From contig NC_059439.1 of the NCBI RefSeq assembly GCF_021028975.2, positions 22,398,653 to 22,446,000 on the forward strand: 47,348 nucleotides of DNA. Direction: 5' to 3'. The position numbers and the translations under genes are program-made. A model generated the notes under the pieces. It ran no database searches and was not told where the DNA came from. It worked only from the letters and a program-made list of their open reading frames with translations. This stretch comes from Sphaerodactylus townsendi (Eukaryota). Below are positions 23,113 to 35,594 of the stretch, one piece after another (position 1 is the stretch's first letter; each line of letters starts with the position of its first letter).

Positions 23113-23239
23113 TCCACCTGCAATTTCATAGGAAATTAAAGTAGGAAGTTAAAATGCATTTATCTGGACCTATTGTATTTTGTCCTGATCAAATCCTACC
23201 TTGTGTTATCCTGTTTTTCGTTGTCATGTAATTGGTAGG

Positions 23240-23430
23240 AATTCAAACTAGGATCTTGGAGGCCTGGGTTCAAATCCCTGTTCTGCCATGAAGCACACTA
23301 GATGATTTTTGGCCAGTCATTCTTTCTCCGCTTAACCAACCTCACAGGATGACTGAGAAGATAAAGTGGAGAAAGAAAAAACAGTGTACATAGCCTGAGC
23401 TCCTGGATCACAGGCAGGATAGAAATGTAT
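23240..23430 (+). mobile_element. tRNA-derived CORE-type SINE (Squam3/MIR-like)
   Basis: B-box gggttcaaatcc, CORE-like ttggccagtca...ttaaccaacctcacagg. Confidence 0.6.
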
Positions 23431-23914
23431 TAAACAATGTAATACAAAGCAAATAATGCTTTACTATTGGTGGTGAAACATAGATTTTCTCACCAAATAT
23501 CTCTAACTTAAATATCGATATATGCACAGTCCTCTGTCAAACGCCAAGAAAAAAACCCATAGAAATTTACAGGAGGAAGAGACAAGGTATACCACCATCT
23601 TAGTGATGCCTCCGTGTTCTCTCTCACAGCTACTTCTGATCCTCATTGTCAGAACTAGTGTTGAACTCAAACAGGTAATCATTTCTGTTCTGTGCTAAAA
23701 GTCATGAAAGTCTACAGCAATGGTCCAATATCTTGGGTGGGAAATAGTTGTTGTTTCAAATGAAACAAATATACATAGCTTTGCCAAGGGTGTGGTGAAT
23801 CTGCACAAATGACCTCTTGCACAAGAAACAAACAAAAAAGCTGGGACATATTTATTGCTAGATATATTAAGGATTTGACTTGGGGTACAAATTTACCTGG
23901 GGTGGAGGGTGGCG

Positions 23915-24090
23915 AGTTGCCTCAAGCTTATCAGATCTCAGAAGCTAAGCTGGGTAAGCACTTGGAAGACCATGAAGGAAGGCTGCATAGAAGAAGGCAA
24001 TGGCAAACCATCTCTGCTTCTTCATTGTCTTAAAAGCTGTTTCCTGAAGCTGCCGTACAGCTGCTACTTGAAAGGTACACACTTGAATGC
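23915..24090 (+). mobile_element. 5S rRNA-derived SINE with RTE/BovB-type tail, degenerate
   Basis: tcagatctcagaagctaagctggg resembles 5S internal promoter region; gaaggcaatggcaaacca is the RTE/BovB-type 3' motif. Confidence 0.6.
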
Positions 24091-24250
24091 TGTACACAGA
24101 TTGTACACATAGACTCACAAATGAACCCCATGCAATATGCATTTCTTTTAAGCTGACTTGAGTGTAAAAAGCTGAAAACACTGTTAGGTGATAGTTGCTG
24201 TCTCAGTGGTACTTATTTGGCACAATGCAAACATGCCTGTCTCTAGAACC

Positions 24251-24502
24251 NNNNNNNNNNNNNNNNNNNNNNNNNNNNNNNNNNNNNNNNNNNNNNNNNN
24301 NNNNNNNNNNNNNNNNNNNNNNNNNNNNNNNNNNNNNNNNNNNNNNNNNNNNNNNNNNNNNNNNNNNNNNNNNNNNNNNNNNNNNNNNNNNNNNNNNNNN
24401 NNNNNNNNNNNNNNNNNNNNNNNNNNNNNNNNNNNNNNNNNNNNNNNNNNNNNNNNNNNNNNNNNNNNNNNNNNNNNNNNNNNNNNNNNNNNNNNNNNNN
24501 NN
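24251..24502. other. Assembly gap (N)
   Basis: 252 N. Confidence 1.
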
Positions 24503-25817
24503 AAGTAACAAATATTAGACTATCCTCAAACCACTGATGGGATCTTTCTTTGGGGGGGGGGGGGGCATGTACTGATAAATTGGAAGAACTGCAATGCCAC
24601 CATTGACATAGATCTTGCTGGGATGTATTTGATCTTACTTCATGCACAGCCATGCTGTGATAATTACCTATTTAGGCTAATTACAAAAAATGTCAGTAAT
24701 AATACAGCAAGGGAAAAAGACTTCAGCAGTTCTTGCCACTTAAGTGTGGGGAACTCTTGGGAAATGGTTGCTAAAATAAATTTCTGTCTCACTCCCATAG
24801 CCTTTTTGATGATAATTTGACAGAAATTAGCAGTGCACATGGTAGCAAAACCTCTACTACATGACATGAGCAAATGGATTCATGAGAGCTGAAGCAGAAA
24901 TCAAACCAGACCTGCCTTTTCTCACAGATCACAATCAGCATTATTGATTCATTGGTCCAAATCCACATCATGAATGAAGAAATAATATTTGATGATGATA
25001 CTGCAGCAAAAACTGACACAGGAAACCTGAGGTCAAAAGGGCTGGAGAAGGAAGAGGACTCCAAGGTATTCAGTCATGTTTGATACTGCAAAATTAGTGT
25101 GTTAAATGTAGAATGATTGCAGCAAAGTTCCAAAGAGATTCCTCAGAGTCTTGTACCATCTGTTACTATATTATCTGGAAGTGTTCCATTATTCCATTGT
25201 TCCTGAACCCTCTAGAAAAAAATTAAATTGGCATCAGAGTGTTCCTGGTGCCATGGTGCCAGACCTCTCATATGCACTCATAGAGCCATGTCTGTTTAGG
25301 TCAAGGTTGGTAGTTTGTTCCCAAGAAATGGAAAGAGGCAAAGGACTTTCAAACCATACACATTTATTTAGAATAAAATGGACAGAAGAAAGAACAAATT
25401 CAAAACTTCATAGCTGAAGCAGTTGAGTAAACATTGAGTGGTTGTTGCTGTCAAAATGGGCGAAAGGGAGAATACACAATATGTCTTTCCTGTATATTTA
25501 AAAGCGTTGGGGTTTACGTGGTATGATGTTCTTTGTACAGAGTGGGTGATAGATGGTGTTTGGGAAAGACAGAGGGTGCTCCTGGTTCCCACATGAATGT
25601 ATGGGCAAACCTGGTCATTTAATAACATTAGTCTTACGGAATTTGAAGAGGGAATGTTAGTTAACGCTTTCAAGCGAGCACTCGAGAACCAGATGTGAGT
25701 TCATTTTGCAGCCAGAAGAAATGCCTATTAAATAAACCAGAGTAGGATTTGGAGAAGTCCCTCTGAGGATTCTTCTCTGAAATACTTTCTCTTCACAGCC
25801 CTACCGAAAGTCTTCAA

Positions 25818-26010
25818 ATGGATATTGAAAGCAAAATGGACAGCCTTATCTACACATCTGAATTTTTGCTCCTGGAATTTTCAGACATTAGAGAAGTACA
25901 GATAATATGTTTCTTTGTGTTTTTCACAGTATATTTGACCGCAGTGACTCGCAACATTTTCATCATTCTTGCTGTAACTTTGGATTATCACTTGCATGCA
26001 CCCATGTACT
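25818..26010 (+). pseudogene. 5'-only OR relic
   Basis: MDIESKMDSLIYTSEFLLLEFSDIREVQ...LHAPMY then (GT)n; GN changed to RN; glycosylation sequon lost. Confidence 0.9.
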
Positions 26011-26014
26011 ATAG

Positions 26015-26016
<2 letters not shown>

Positions 26017-26074
<58 letters not shown>
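26017..26074. repeat. (GT)n microsatellite
   Basis: Direct reading. Confidence 0.98.
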
Positions 26075-26079
<5 letters not shown>

Positions 26080-27044
26080 CGGTGTAAAAGAGTTTAAAAT
26101 GCTGTAAAAGGATTTACATCGTTTTCACACTTTTTTCACCCCGCTGTTTTTCACCCCGCTGTATAGGAATACGCCTATATGTTTATATATGTATTTACAT
26201 ATATAAACACACACGCGCGCGCTTCAACTTCAAATCAATGTAATTTAATCAATGTAAGCCCAATCTCAGAAATTCTGTGGGTTGAAACTGATCATTTGGA
26301 AATTCTAAAAAGGAAAGACAACATTCACAGACATCAGCCTGGTTGAGTAAAGAAATTTACGCATGTCCAAGACAGGCCAGTAGCAACACTGCCCCAAAGC
26401 TTTCCAGTCTTGTGTTGGTGAAGTAGTTTCATATACAGTTTGCAAATCTTAACTCCTTATGAACAGAACAAATAGTCGAAAATGTAAGAATCCTAGTGCC
26501 CCATTTTGCTTCTCCAGTCTGACAGGGAAGGATTAATGGGTGGAGGCTTCCAAATAACTCATGGCCATGTTAATGTGTTGGCAGGCGGATGAGTTGTCAA
26601 TGCAGCAATAACCTTTACTTGTGGAGTTGGCAAAGAGATAAGAAAGCCCCCCCACTGCAAATTTATATGTGAGCAAAAGCAGGATAAGAGTCTTTCTGGG
26701 AGTTCTGGAATTATTCCAGATCACATTTCCAGATTCTTTAGGTATGGAAGGTGTAAAACGTTATGTCTGGGCAATCTGACTCGTGCAGACAACCAGTGAG
26801 ATACTAGATCACCCATACAGTGGACCCCTGTGCTGGCAATCCCACCCTTTGCTCATTCAACACAACATTTACTACATGGTGAAGATACTCAAACAAGGTA
26901 TCTTGGTTAATTATTCACTGACATTTCTTAACTGTGGAACCAGAAAAATTCTGTACTGAGTACAGCAGAGTAGGATTTTAGGTGGACCTGCTAAGGATTG
27001 TCCTCTAACATCTTTTCTCTACCGATCCTACAGGTAACTTGCTA

Positions 27045-28001
27045 ATGGATATTGGAAACAAAATACCCAACCTTACATCCCCATCTGAATTTCTGCTTCT
27101 AGAATTTTCAGACATCCGAGAAACACAGATCTTATATTTCTTTGCATTCCTCACTGTATACTTGACGGCAGTGACTGGCAATCTTTTGATCATCCTTACT
27201 GTAGCCCTGGATCGTCATCTGCGCACCCCCATGTATTTCTTTCTCATGAGCTTGGCTGTTCTGGACCTTGGCTCAGTTTCTGTCATGGTACCCAAAGCCA
27301 TGGCCAACTCTCTCATGAACAGCAGGTCAATTTCTTATTCAGGATGTGTAGCTCAAGTTTTCTTCCTCTTCCTATTTCTAGAGTCAGATGTTTTCATCTT
27401 GACAATAATGGCGCATGATCGGTATGTGGCTATCTGCAATCCATTGCAATATGAGACAATTATGCACAGAGGAGCCTGCATTCAGATGGTGGTCAGTGCA
27501 TGGATTGCTGGTATACTTAATGGTGTGTTACACACTGGAGGGACTTTTTCTATCACCTTCTGCTCCAACATGATCGATCAGTTCTTCTGTGAAGTCCCAC
27601 AGATTCTAAAACTTTCATGTTCAGACCGGTATCTAGTGGAAGTTGGTTTGATTTTATTTAGCTTATTTCTTGGAATAGGATACTTCATATTCATCATTGT
27701 CACCTATGTGCAGATTTTTTCAGTGGTGCTCAAAATCCCTTCTGTGCATGGTCAGAAAAAGGCCATCTCCACTTGCCTTCCCCACCTCACTGTGGTCTCT
27801 TTGTTTATGTTTACTGCCATTTTTTCTTACGGGAGGCCTCACAGTTACACTTCATCTGACCTGAATGTTCTTTCTGCAATAATGTATGCTGTACTTCCTC
27901 CCTTGCTCAATCCATTCATTTACAGCATGAGAAACAAAGAAATTAAGATTGCATTGCTGAAGCTCTCTTATTGTAGGCGCTTTTCTAAAGCAGTTGCTTA
28001 G
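27045..28001 (+). CDS. Olfactory receptor, OR14-like (OR-7), intact
   Basis: MDIGNKIPNLTS..., LRTPMYFFL, MAHDRYVAICNPL, STCLPHL, PPLLNPFIYSMRNKEIK. Confidence 0.95.
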   Translation: MDIGNKIPNLTSPSEFLLLEFSDIRETQILYFFAFLTVYLTAVTGNLLIILTVALDRHLRTPMYFFLMSLAVLDLGSVSVMVPKAMANSLMNSRSISYSGCVAQVFFLFLFLESDVFILTIMAHDRYVAICNPLQYETIMHRGACIQMVVSAWIAGILNGVLHTGGTFSITFCSNMIDQFFCEVPQILKLSCSDRYLVEVGLILFSLFLGIGYFIFIIVTYVQIFSVVLKIPSVHGQKKAISTCLPHLTVVSLFMFTAIFSYGRPHSYTSSDLNVLSAIMYAVLPPLLNPFIYSMRNKEIKIALLKLSYCRRFSKAVA

Positions 28002-28596
28002 CAATGTTTTTCCTCAAAAATGAGGTTGAATCTTCATGTCCAATGAATTATTTTATTTTATTCATGCTTCAGATGTAATGCGCAAGAAAGATTTGTTTGA
28101 TTTTTTGATGTACTTGAGCACGTGCAGTTGAAGGGAAACTTTTTTTATTTTCCTCAGCATCCTCCTGTGAGGGTTGCAAATGTGGGGGTGAGTGTTGGCA
28201 ATTTGACAAGGAATGGAATCCATCCCAACAACATAGCTGTAGTGAGGAGGGGAAGATTTCAGAAAGACCCTTCTTAATCACAGCACCAATGGGACTTCTG
28301 CCCTCCTTGTAAGGCTTCTTGTCCTGGCAAAAAGAAGTGCACTGTAGTGCTACAGATAGTGGCACATAATCGGTATGTGGCTATCTGCAATCCATTGCAA
28401 CCCCTTCTAGCATATTCAAAAATGTTAGACTATATTTATTTGGGTTAGCCATTTTGCAGTCCCACATGATAGTACTAATCAAAACTTAGTATATGTATTG
28501 GGAAAAAGTCCACATGCAATTTCATGGGAAAATAAAATAGGAATTTAAACCATAGTGATCTGTTCCTGTTATATTTCATGTGGATCAAATACTACT

Positions 28597-28672
28597 TAAT
28601 ATTCATGAGGTGATGTATTTAATATTTAATATCATGAGGTGATGTATTTAATATTCATGAGGTGATGTATTT
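28597..28672. repeat. Three-copy tandem repeat of ~24-30 bp
   Basis: taatat(t)catgaggtgatgtattt x3. Confidence 0.85.
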
Positions 28673-28915
28673 CAGTCAGATATGATTGTCCATTTCCCAT
28701 TGTCATGTAATGGCCAAGAATTTCGTCTAAGATCTGGAAAGGTCCAGGTTCCAATGACGATTGTGCTATCATAAACACATAAACACTTCAACTTAAATTT
28801 GTGTTTGGGGTGTGTGTGTGCGTGCATGTGCGCACGCACATTCAATTCTGTGTCAGACACCCGTGATAGAAATCAGAAATTTACAAGAGAAAGAGATGGG
28901 ATATGCCATTATTTT

Positions 28916-29938
28916 AATACAATACACCTTTATTGGCATAGCATATTGAGGTGCGAATAAACACCATTACTGAATTTGAAAAAAGTTATACTTGCTGTCT
29001 ATGAACACTTATACATACCAGCTTCACAATTCATTTATAAAAAAGATAATGTGAATTAAAAATTTAACAGTTAATTGGATTATAAAACAAAAACCTCTGT
29101 GGGTTATATTTAGGGCAATGACATAAAATGTGTTCCAAAGTTTCCACCATAGTGGGACAAAAAGGGCATATGCGATAGAGATAGAAAGGGCTCTATGCGA
29201 TAGAGGCAGCTTCGGCCTTGCAAAAGGGCAGGGGAAAACCATTACATCTGGCACGGGTCAATATCCAGCGTTGTTTGGGATCTAGGATTTGTGATCGGTA
29301 GTTGGCCATCTTGCCTGTATCCAGATTAATACCAAAGTGCAATGGGAGCACGTTGTTGTTGCATGGCTGATTAAGTATTGATACTCCTGGTCAAATAGTC
29401 TAGTTTTAATTAGGCTATATATTTGTTGGGGGTCCTTCATCACCATCTCCTCAAGTGAGAAACCTAGTAAGGTGAGTTTACCATTGATTTTATTCCACCA
29501 TTCTGAGTTCTGGACCTCGGCTAAGGCCCTATGCAGTAGGCTGCCAGATTCTAAGTGTCTAAGAATCCAAGCATAGCCTTATCCAGAATTTGAAAGTGAG
29601 TAGCCATGCCCTGGTGACTAGTAGGAGCATGCCCCCTTCTAAGCATAGCCCCGCATATGGAACACAATGCGGGACTCTGAATATTTTATAAAGAAACGTT
29701 GACTGTACCTTTTCTACCACATTGCGCCAGGTGACTATCCATATCGGAACCCCATAGAGGAATTACTGCAAGACTTTGGCCCGAAAAACCTTCAAGGCGG
29801 AAGGAATATGTTTCTGCCCTTTGGAGTGGAAAAAATTACTTACTGCATTCACAGCAGCAGTGCAGCCCTTCACCGCTGCATTTCTATGGTGTCTGTACCC
29901 ACTTGGTGTTAGATATACCATTATTTGGAGTGCCAGCT
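28916..29938 (-). mobile_element. RTE-X-like LINE, 3' ~1 kb, degenerate
   Basis: Minus-strand tail tatgccAATAAAggtgtattgtatt; decayed ORF FHSKGQKHIPSALKVFRAKV..LYGVPIW; absent from paralog ~23590-23620. Confidence 0.7.
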
Positions 29939-30397
29939 CTATTTTCTCTCACACAGGAACTTCTTACTCCCATTGTCAAAAATATTGTTCTGTTCAAATA
30001 GGTCATCCATCCTTTCTGTGCAAAAAAATCATAAAAGTCTACATCGTTTGTCCATTGACTTAGGAAGGAAATAGTTGTTGTTTCAAATTAAACAAAAAGA
30101 TATAGCTTTGTAAAGAAATCATACTGAGCTAAGTTATTCCATGTTCAAAAAGGGGAACCTTTCTTTACAAAAGAAATATTTGTGATTAAATGATCCACAC
30201 ACTTAAGACTAACAGTCATGAAGGGTCTGTCCTGAGGAGGAGGAATGGGAATAATCCTCATCTGGCATCTGAAAAACTGCACCAGAAATAAAGATAAGCA
30301 GATATAGTTTTTCCCCCTTTTTCCTGAGGAGGAGGAAGGGGGAGATGTGCTCATCTGGCATCTGAAAAGGTGCACCAGAAAAAAGAGATAAGGGAAC

Positions 30398-31516
30398 GTA
30401 GCATAACCCTGGCCTTCATCCCCTGCCTTATGAAATATTGGATTTCATATAGTTTCTTATGCTATATGCTGCAACATGCCAGTTTCCTTGTTTGAATGGG
30501 TGGATAGCAGAGTGTCCAAACTGAGAGCAAGCCTAAGGCAAAACGGTCTGTTTGATTAGATTTGTGAGTTACTCCAGGCAATTATCTGGAAGCCCCATTA
30601 ACTATGGACAGGATCTTGATTACCACACCTCACTGAACTACTTTGACACAATAGACACTGAAAACCTCCTTGGTAAATGGCTCTGCAACAAATGGTTGCT
30701 TCCTTGCATTTCCCCAACCTCTAGATATGATCTCCCTAACAACCAGATCCCATCCTGAATCAATCAAGCCTCATCCAAATCTGAATACTGAAGGCAGAGA
30801 CTGTAAGAAGTATCTCTGCATAAACCATTCATGGTATCACTGATATAATCTAAGAGCAATTGACTCCCATTGTCCTGGGGTTTAGAACAATAGAAGAGCT
30901 TTAGATAGAGCTCAAGCCAGCAAGTCCACCATGGGAAGTTCCAGTGAATTTAGGGGGGAAAACTCACTTGTTCCCGCCCCTACCTGAGCAAAAGGGTATA
31001 AAAATACAGTGCACCCAAAGTTCCGCGTTCTTAATGCTGGTTCTTTACTCTAGCGCTAGCTGGCTAGTTAGCCAGCTCCTGCTGCTGGTTCAAGTTCTTA
31101 AATGCTGGCTCTCAATGCTGGCTCAAGCCCTCCAGGCTGGCTTCAGCTGCAGCTGGCTCCAGCTGCTGCTGGCCCCCACTCTCCATGCTGGCATAGGAAT
31201 CCCTGCCTTCTACAAGATCTGCTTCAGCTGAATTTAGGTAACGTATAGTCCCTGCTTCCCCAACTCCCTGCGCTATCCTCCCACCTATCTTCTCCTCCCT
31301 GTTTATATCCTAGGAACTGTGTGTATGTGCCTTGACTTCTTACTGTGTGATTGTTTGCAACCAAAATTTATATAAAAATATTTAAACTGCAATTTGGTCT
31401 TTTGTGAATTCTCTGCAGATACGTTTCAAGCCATTTCTGGTATACAAAGTCTTTACAAGATCCCTACCCAGCCTGTCTCTCGCATTGCTAAGCCAAGTTA
31501 TTTTCCCCGTTGTTAC
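30398..31516 (+). mobile_element. Solo-LTR-like repeat (copy 2)
   Basis: Inverted termini GTAGCA...TGTTAC; TATAAAA at ~30997; internal GCT-rich repeats; divergent homolog at 22011-23029. Confidence 0.6.
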
Positions 31517-32948
31517 TTAAAATAGTTGTGCGCTGTTACACTCTTAGCAGCTGGTGGAGATTCCTTAAAAATAAGTTCACAACCTGTGAAAGCTGGGTAA
31601 CAGATTTGGTGGAGAATACATGCGGGCAATACCTGTTCTGGCAGTCGGGAAACAGATGTAGGAAATTGGCTTTGAAACCTCTGCAAGAGCTTTATTGAAC
31701 TCTGTGTGTGTGTGTGCATCTAGAGACGGAAAAGGGGAATTTTGGGTGGTTTTTCCTTCATCTCCTGATCTGCCTTATCAAGACACCCACAACTGGCCAC
31801 TAGCTGCGTCAGTGAGCCAGTCTGTATTGCAAGTGGGTGAGGTGCAGAAACACCATCTGTATTCCTAACATTATCCTAACATTTAAGATTACATTTAATA
31901 TTCTTTCTATACATTTAACGTTATTTCTGAATTTCTCATGGAATTTCACCCTCCACCATTATGTCTGTTCCAATCACCTATATTTTACAGTTTTGCCCTA
32001 TCTTTGGTTATTTTTAAAAGAACATCTAATTGAAGTTTTAAAGGACTTGATGTCATATTCAAAAATAACCTTTATTTAAGCTGATTGCTCATTTTTTGAT
32101 CATTTCTTTTTTCATCCTCTTGAAGATCTCTTTAGTGGCTGTTAAAAAAGTTATTCTCCACTGTTGACCCTTAATAATGGCCCCAGAATCAACTGGGCCA
32201 TAATTGCGACAAAGGGCAGGGCCCATGGTGAGCTCTGGAGCAGTGAGCATCCCACTCCCACATATCTTGACTTGTGCTGAAGGGGCCATAGTTCTTTCTG
32301 AGATGCATTTGTTCTAACTTCATGCACAGCCATGTGTTGCTACTGGTCTATTTCCACTGGAAATGGAAGTAATGAAACATAGGAAAAAGACTTTAGCATC
32401 ACTTGGCAGTTAAGCGAGGTAAACTCTTGGGAGCCAATTGCCAGGAATACAACATAAATTAACCTCTGCCTCATTCCTACTTCCTTTTTGATTAGGAGTA
32501 CCTGGCAACAAACCCTCTACGGAATGGCATGAGCAAATGGATACATGAATTTAAACAGCAGAAACAGCAATCAAACCCAACCATCTCTCTTTTGTCACAG
32601 ATCATTATTACAGTGACTGATTCATTGGTCCAAATCCAGATCAAAGATGAAAAAAATAGTATTCTGTGACTTGATACTACAGCAGAAACTGACATGGGGA
32701 GCTTAAGATGAAAAGATCTGGGGAAGAAAGGAGACTCAAAGGTAGCGAGTCATGTTTGATATTGGGAAATTTGTCTGTGAGTATACAATGACTGCAGCAA
32801 GCTACAAAGAGATTCCTTCCAGTCTTTTACCATTTTTTTGCTACGTTATCTGGAAGTGTTCCATACAATTTAAATCCTCTTGAAAAAATTGAACTGGCAT
32901 CAGAATGTTCCTGGTGCCATGGTGCCAGACCTCTCCTATGCATGCATA

Positions 32949-33157
32949 CAGTGGCGAAGGACCCAGGGGGAAAGGGGGAGCACTATGTCCAGGGTCTAGC
33001 TGGTGCATGGCATGGTGTGGCCATTCTGGGGGGAAATATCGGGGTGTTCCGGGGGCATGGCGGGGTGTTCCAGGGCATGGCGGGAGCAGGCGGCGGCATG
33101 GCGGGGGCGCAGGGCAAACACACACCCCAGGTGCAGTTCCTCCTTGATTCACCCCTG
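32949..33157. mobile_element. Degenerate GC-rich hAT-like MITE
   Basis: CAGTGGCGAA...TTCACCCCTG termini; absent from paralogs (tatgcactcatagacc at ~9942); TSD not clean. Confidence 0.55.
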
Positions 33158-33613
33158 TACTGATAGACCCATGCCTGTTTAAGTCAAGGTTGGTAGTTTG
33201 TCTCCCAGAAATGGAAAGAGGCAGAGGGCTTTCCAACCATACAAATTCTAGAAAAAAATGGGCGACATAAAGAAAAGTGGAGAACAAATTTAAAAATTAA
33301 CAGCAGAAATAGCAGAGAAGACCTTAAGGGGATAGTTCTGGCTTTCAAAAGGGATTAAAGGGAGATTATTCCTTGTGATAGGGGCATAATTTAACATTAG
33401 TAAGGAATGAAAGAATTAAACTCTTTCTTCTTTGGGTGATTTAGGATACCTGCTTCTATTTCCGATGAAAGTGATCATTTGAAAACTCTTAGAGGAGAAG
33501 GCAGCATTCACAGATGTCAGACAGGTATAGAGAAGCAACTCACAAACATCCAAGAGAGGTTTTTCACAATTCTACCGCAAGAATTTCAGAGCTGAGTTGG
33601 TGTATTATTTCCA

Positions 33614-34077
33614 AAACACTGCTAAAAAACATTGTGCTGATAAGAATAATTTGTGGTTTGTGCTGAAAAACAACTGTGCAGATAAGAACTATTTACTGTG
33701 CTAGGAAGATTATTGTGCTGAAAAACAATTGTGCCGATAAGATTAATTTGTCCATTGTGCTGAAAAGATCATTGTGCTGTAGAACAACTGAATAGATAAG
33801 ATTTATTTGTGTTTCTTAGAGTATTGCATGGATTAGAGTGTGGTAAAGACTATATATATCACTATGAACTGAACATTTCTTAAAAACTTTGTACATATAT
33901 CCATTGCTGAAGTTAAGGTATTTTACATAACTTGGTGGCACAATTTTGACCTATATATAGGTTCTGTTTATGGAATACAATTTTGTTGCTTTACTATTTG
34001 GCTAGGTGCCTATAAATTTTGAAATTTTCAGATATTGCCACTCAGTTTAATAGAGCGTGAACACGTTCTTGGTACCC
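33614..34077. mobile_element. Unclassified 464-bp insertion with 13-bp TSD and internal minisatellite
   Basis: TGTATTATTTCCA at 33601-33613 and 34078-34090; single copy in paralog ~10418. Confidence 0.75.
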
Positions 34078-34646
34078 TGTATTATTTCCATGTACAAAAT
34101 TGTTCATATCCCAGACAGGAGAGATAGATGTCTCCATTTACTCTTGCCAGCTTGCCAGAACTCCAAGGATAGGAGTATATGTAATTAATCCCCAGTGTGT
34201 ATGTGTGGGGAGATGTCTATGCAACAACAGCATTTTCCTGTGGAGCTTGGTAAGGAATCAGAATACTCTCCACTGACCAAATCTATGCATGGCCAAGCAA
34301 AATATGAGTGAGATTTGGTATAGTTCCAGTCTTTGAGCATGGATACTGCAGAAGTTTATATTGGAGCAAACTCTCATGTTGGGGAATGATAGTGAGAAAC
34401 TAAGCACCCATCCAATTTGCCCATGTTTACCCATCCAGTTTGCCCATCCTTTGCCCATTCAACACAGCACCAATCTCTATGCTGAGACGACCAAACAAGG
34501 AATCCTGACGAGCTATTCATTGATATCAGTTAACTGCCAAGAGAAAAAAATCTCAATTGAATAGATCACAGTAGGATTCTGGGAAGACCTGGTGAGAATT
34601 GTTCTCTAAATCACTTTCTCTGCTCAACTCTGCAGGTAGTTTGCAA

Positions 34647-35594
34647 ATGAATCTTGGAAGCAAAATGCCCAACTTCACCTCCACATCTGAATTTCTGCTC
34701 CTGCAATTTTCAGACATCCGAGAAGTACAGATCTTATACTCCTTTATATTCCTCATAGTATACCTGACTGCAGTGACTGGCAACCTTCTCATCATTCTTG
34801 CTGTAGCCCTGGATCATCATCTCCACACCCCCATGTATTTCTTTCTCATGAACTTGGCCATTCTGGATATTGGCTTAATTTCTGTCACATTACCCAAAAC
34901 GATGGCCAATTCCCTCATGAACAGAAGGTCAATTTCTTATTTGGGGTGTGTAGCTCAAGTTTTCTTCCTTTTCCAATTTATAGGAGCAGATTTTGCAATT
35001 CTAACAGTGATGGCACATGATCGGTATGTGGCTATCTGCAATCCATTGCAATATGAAATAATTATGCACAGAGGAGCGTGTATTCAGATGGCAGCCAGTG
35101 CATGGATTGCTGGTATATTTGATGGTATGTTACAGACTGGCGGAACTTTTGCTATCACTTTTTGCTCCAACATGATTGATCAGTTCTTCTGTGAAATACC
35201 ACAGATGCTAAAACTCTCCTGTACAGATCTGTATCTGGTGGAAGTTGGTTTGATGATATTGACTTTATTCTTTGTATTAGGATGCTTCATCTTCATCATT
35301 GTCAGCTATGTGCGGATTTTTGAAGCAGTGCTCAAAATCCCTTCTGTGCATGGTCAGAAAAAGGCCATCTCCACTTGCCTTCCCCATCTCACTGTGGTCT
35401 CTTTGCTTACCTTTACTGGCATCTTTGCCTATTTGAGGCCTCAGAGTTACATTTCATCTGACCTGAATGTTCTTTCTGCCATAATTTATGCTATAATCCC
35501 TCCCTTGCTCAATCCATTCATTTATAGCATGAGAAACAAAGAAATCAAGACTGCATTGTTGAAGCTCTTTGATTTGGGCAGTATTCTAAAATAA
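34647..35594 (+). CDS. Olfactory receptor, OR14-like (OR-8), intact
   Basis: All OR motifs present; close paralog of OR-5 at both ends. Confidence 0.95.
   Translation: MNLGSKMPNFTSTSEFLLLQFSDIREVQILYSFIFLIVYLTAVTGNLLIILAVALDHHLHTPMYFFLMNLAILDIGLISVTLPKTMANSLMNRRSISYLGCVAQVFFLFQFIGADFAILTVMAHDRYVAICNPLQYEIIMHRGACIQMAASAWIAGIFDGMLQTGGTFAITFCSNMIDQFFCEIPQMLKLSCTDLYLVEVGLMILTLFFVLGCFIFIIVSYVRIFEAVLKIPSVHGQKKAISTCLPHLTVVSLLTFTGIFAYLRPQSYISSDLNVLSAIIYAIIPPLLNPFIYSMRNKEIKTALLKLFDLGSILK

Noticed and set aside
23925-23960. 5S rRNA gene
   Set aside because: Short and degenerate, joined to an RTE-type tail, so it is a SINE
33625-33805. CRISPR-like array
   Set aside because: Degenerate minisatellite without constant repeats or unique spacers; eukaryotic context
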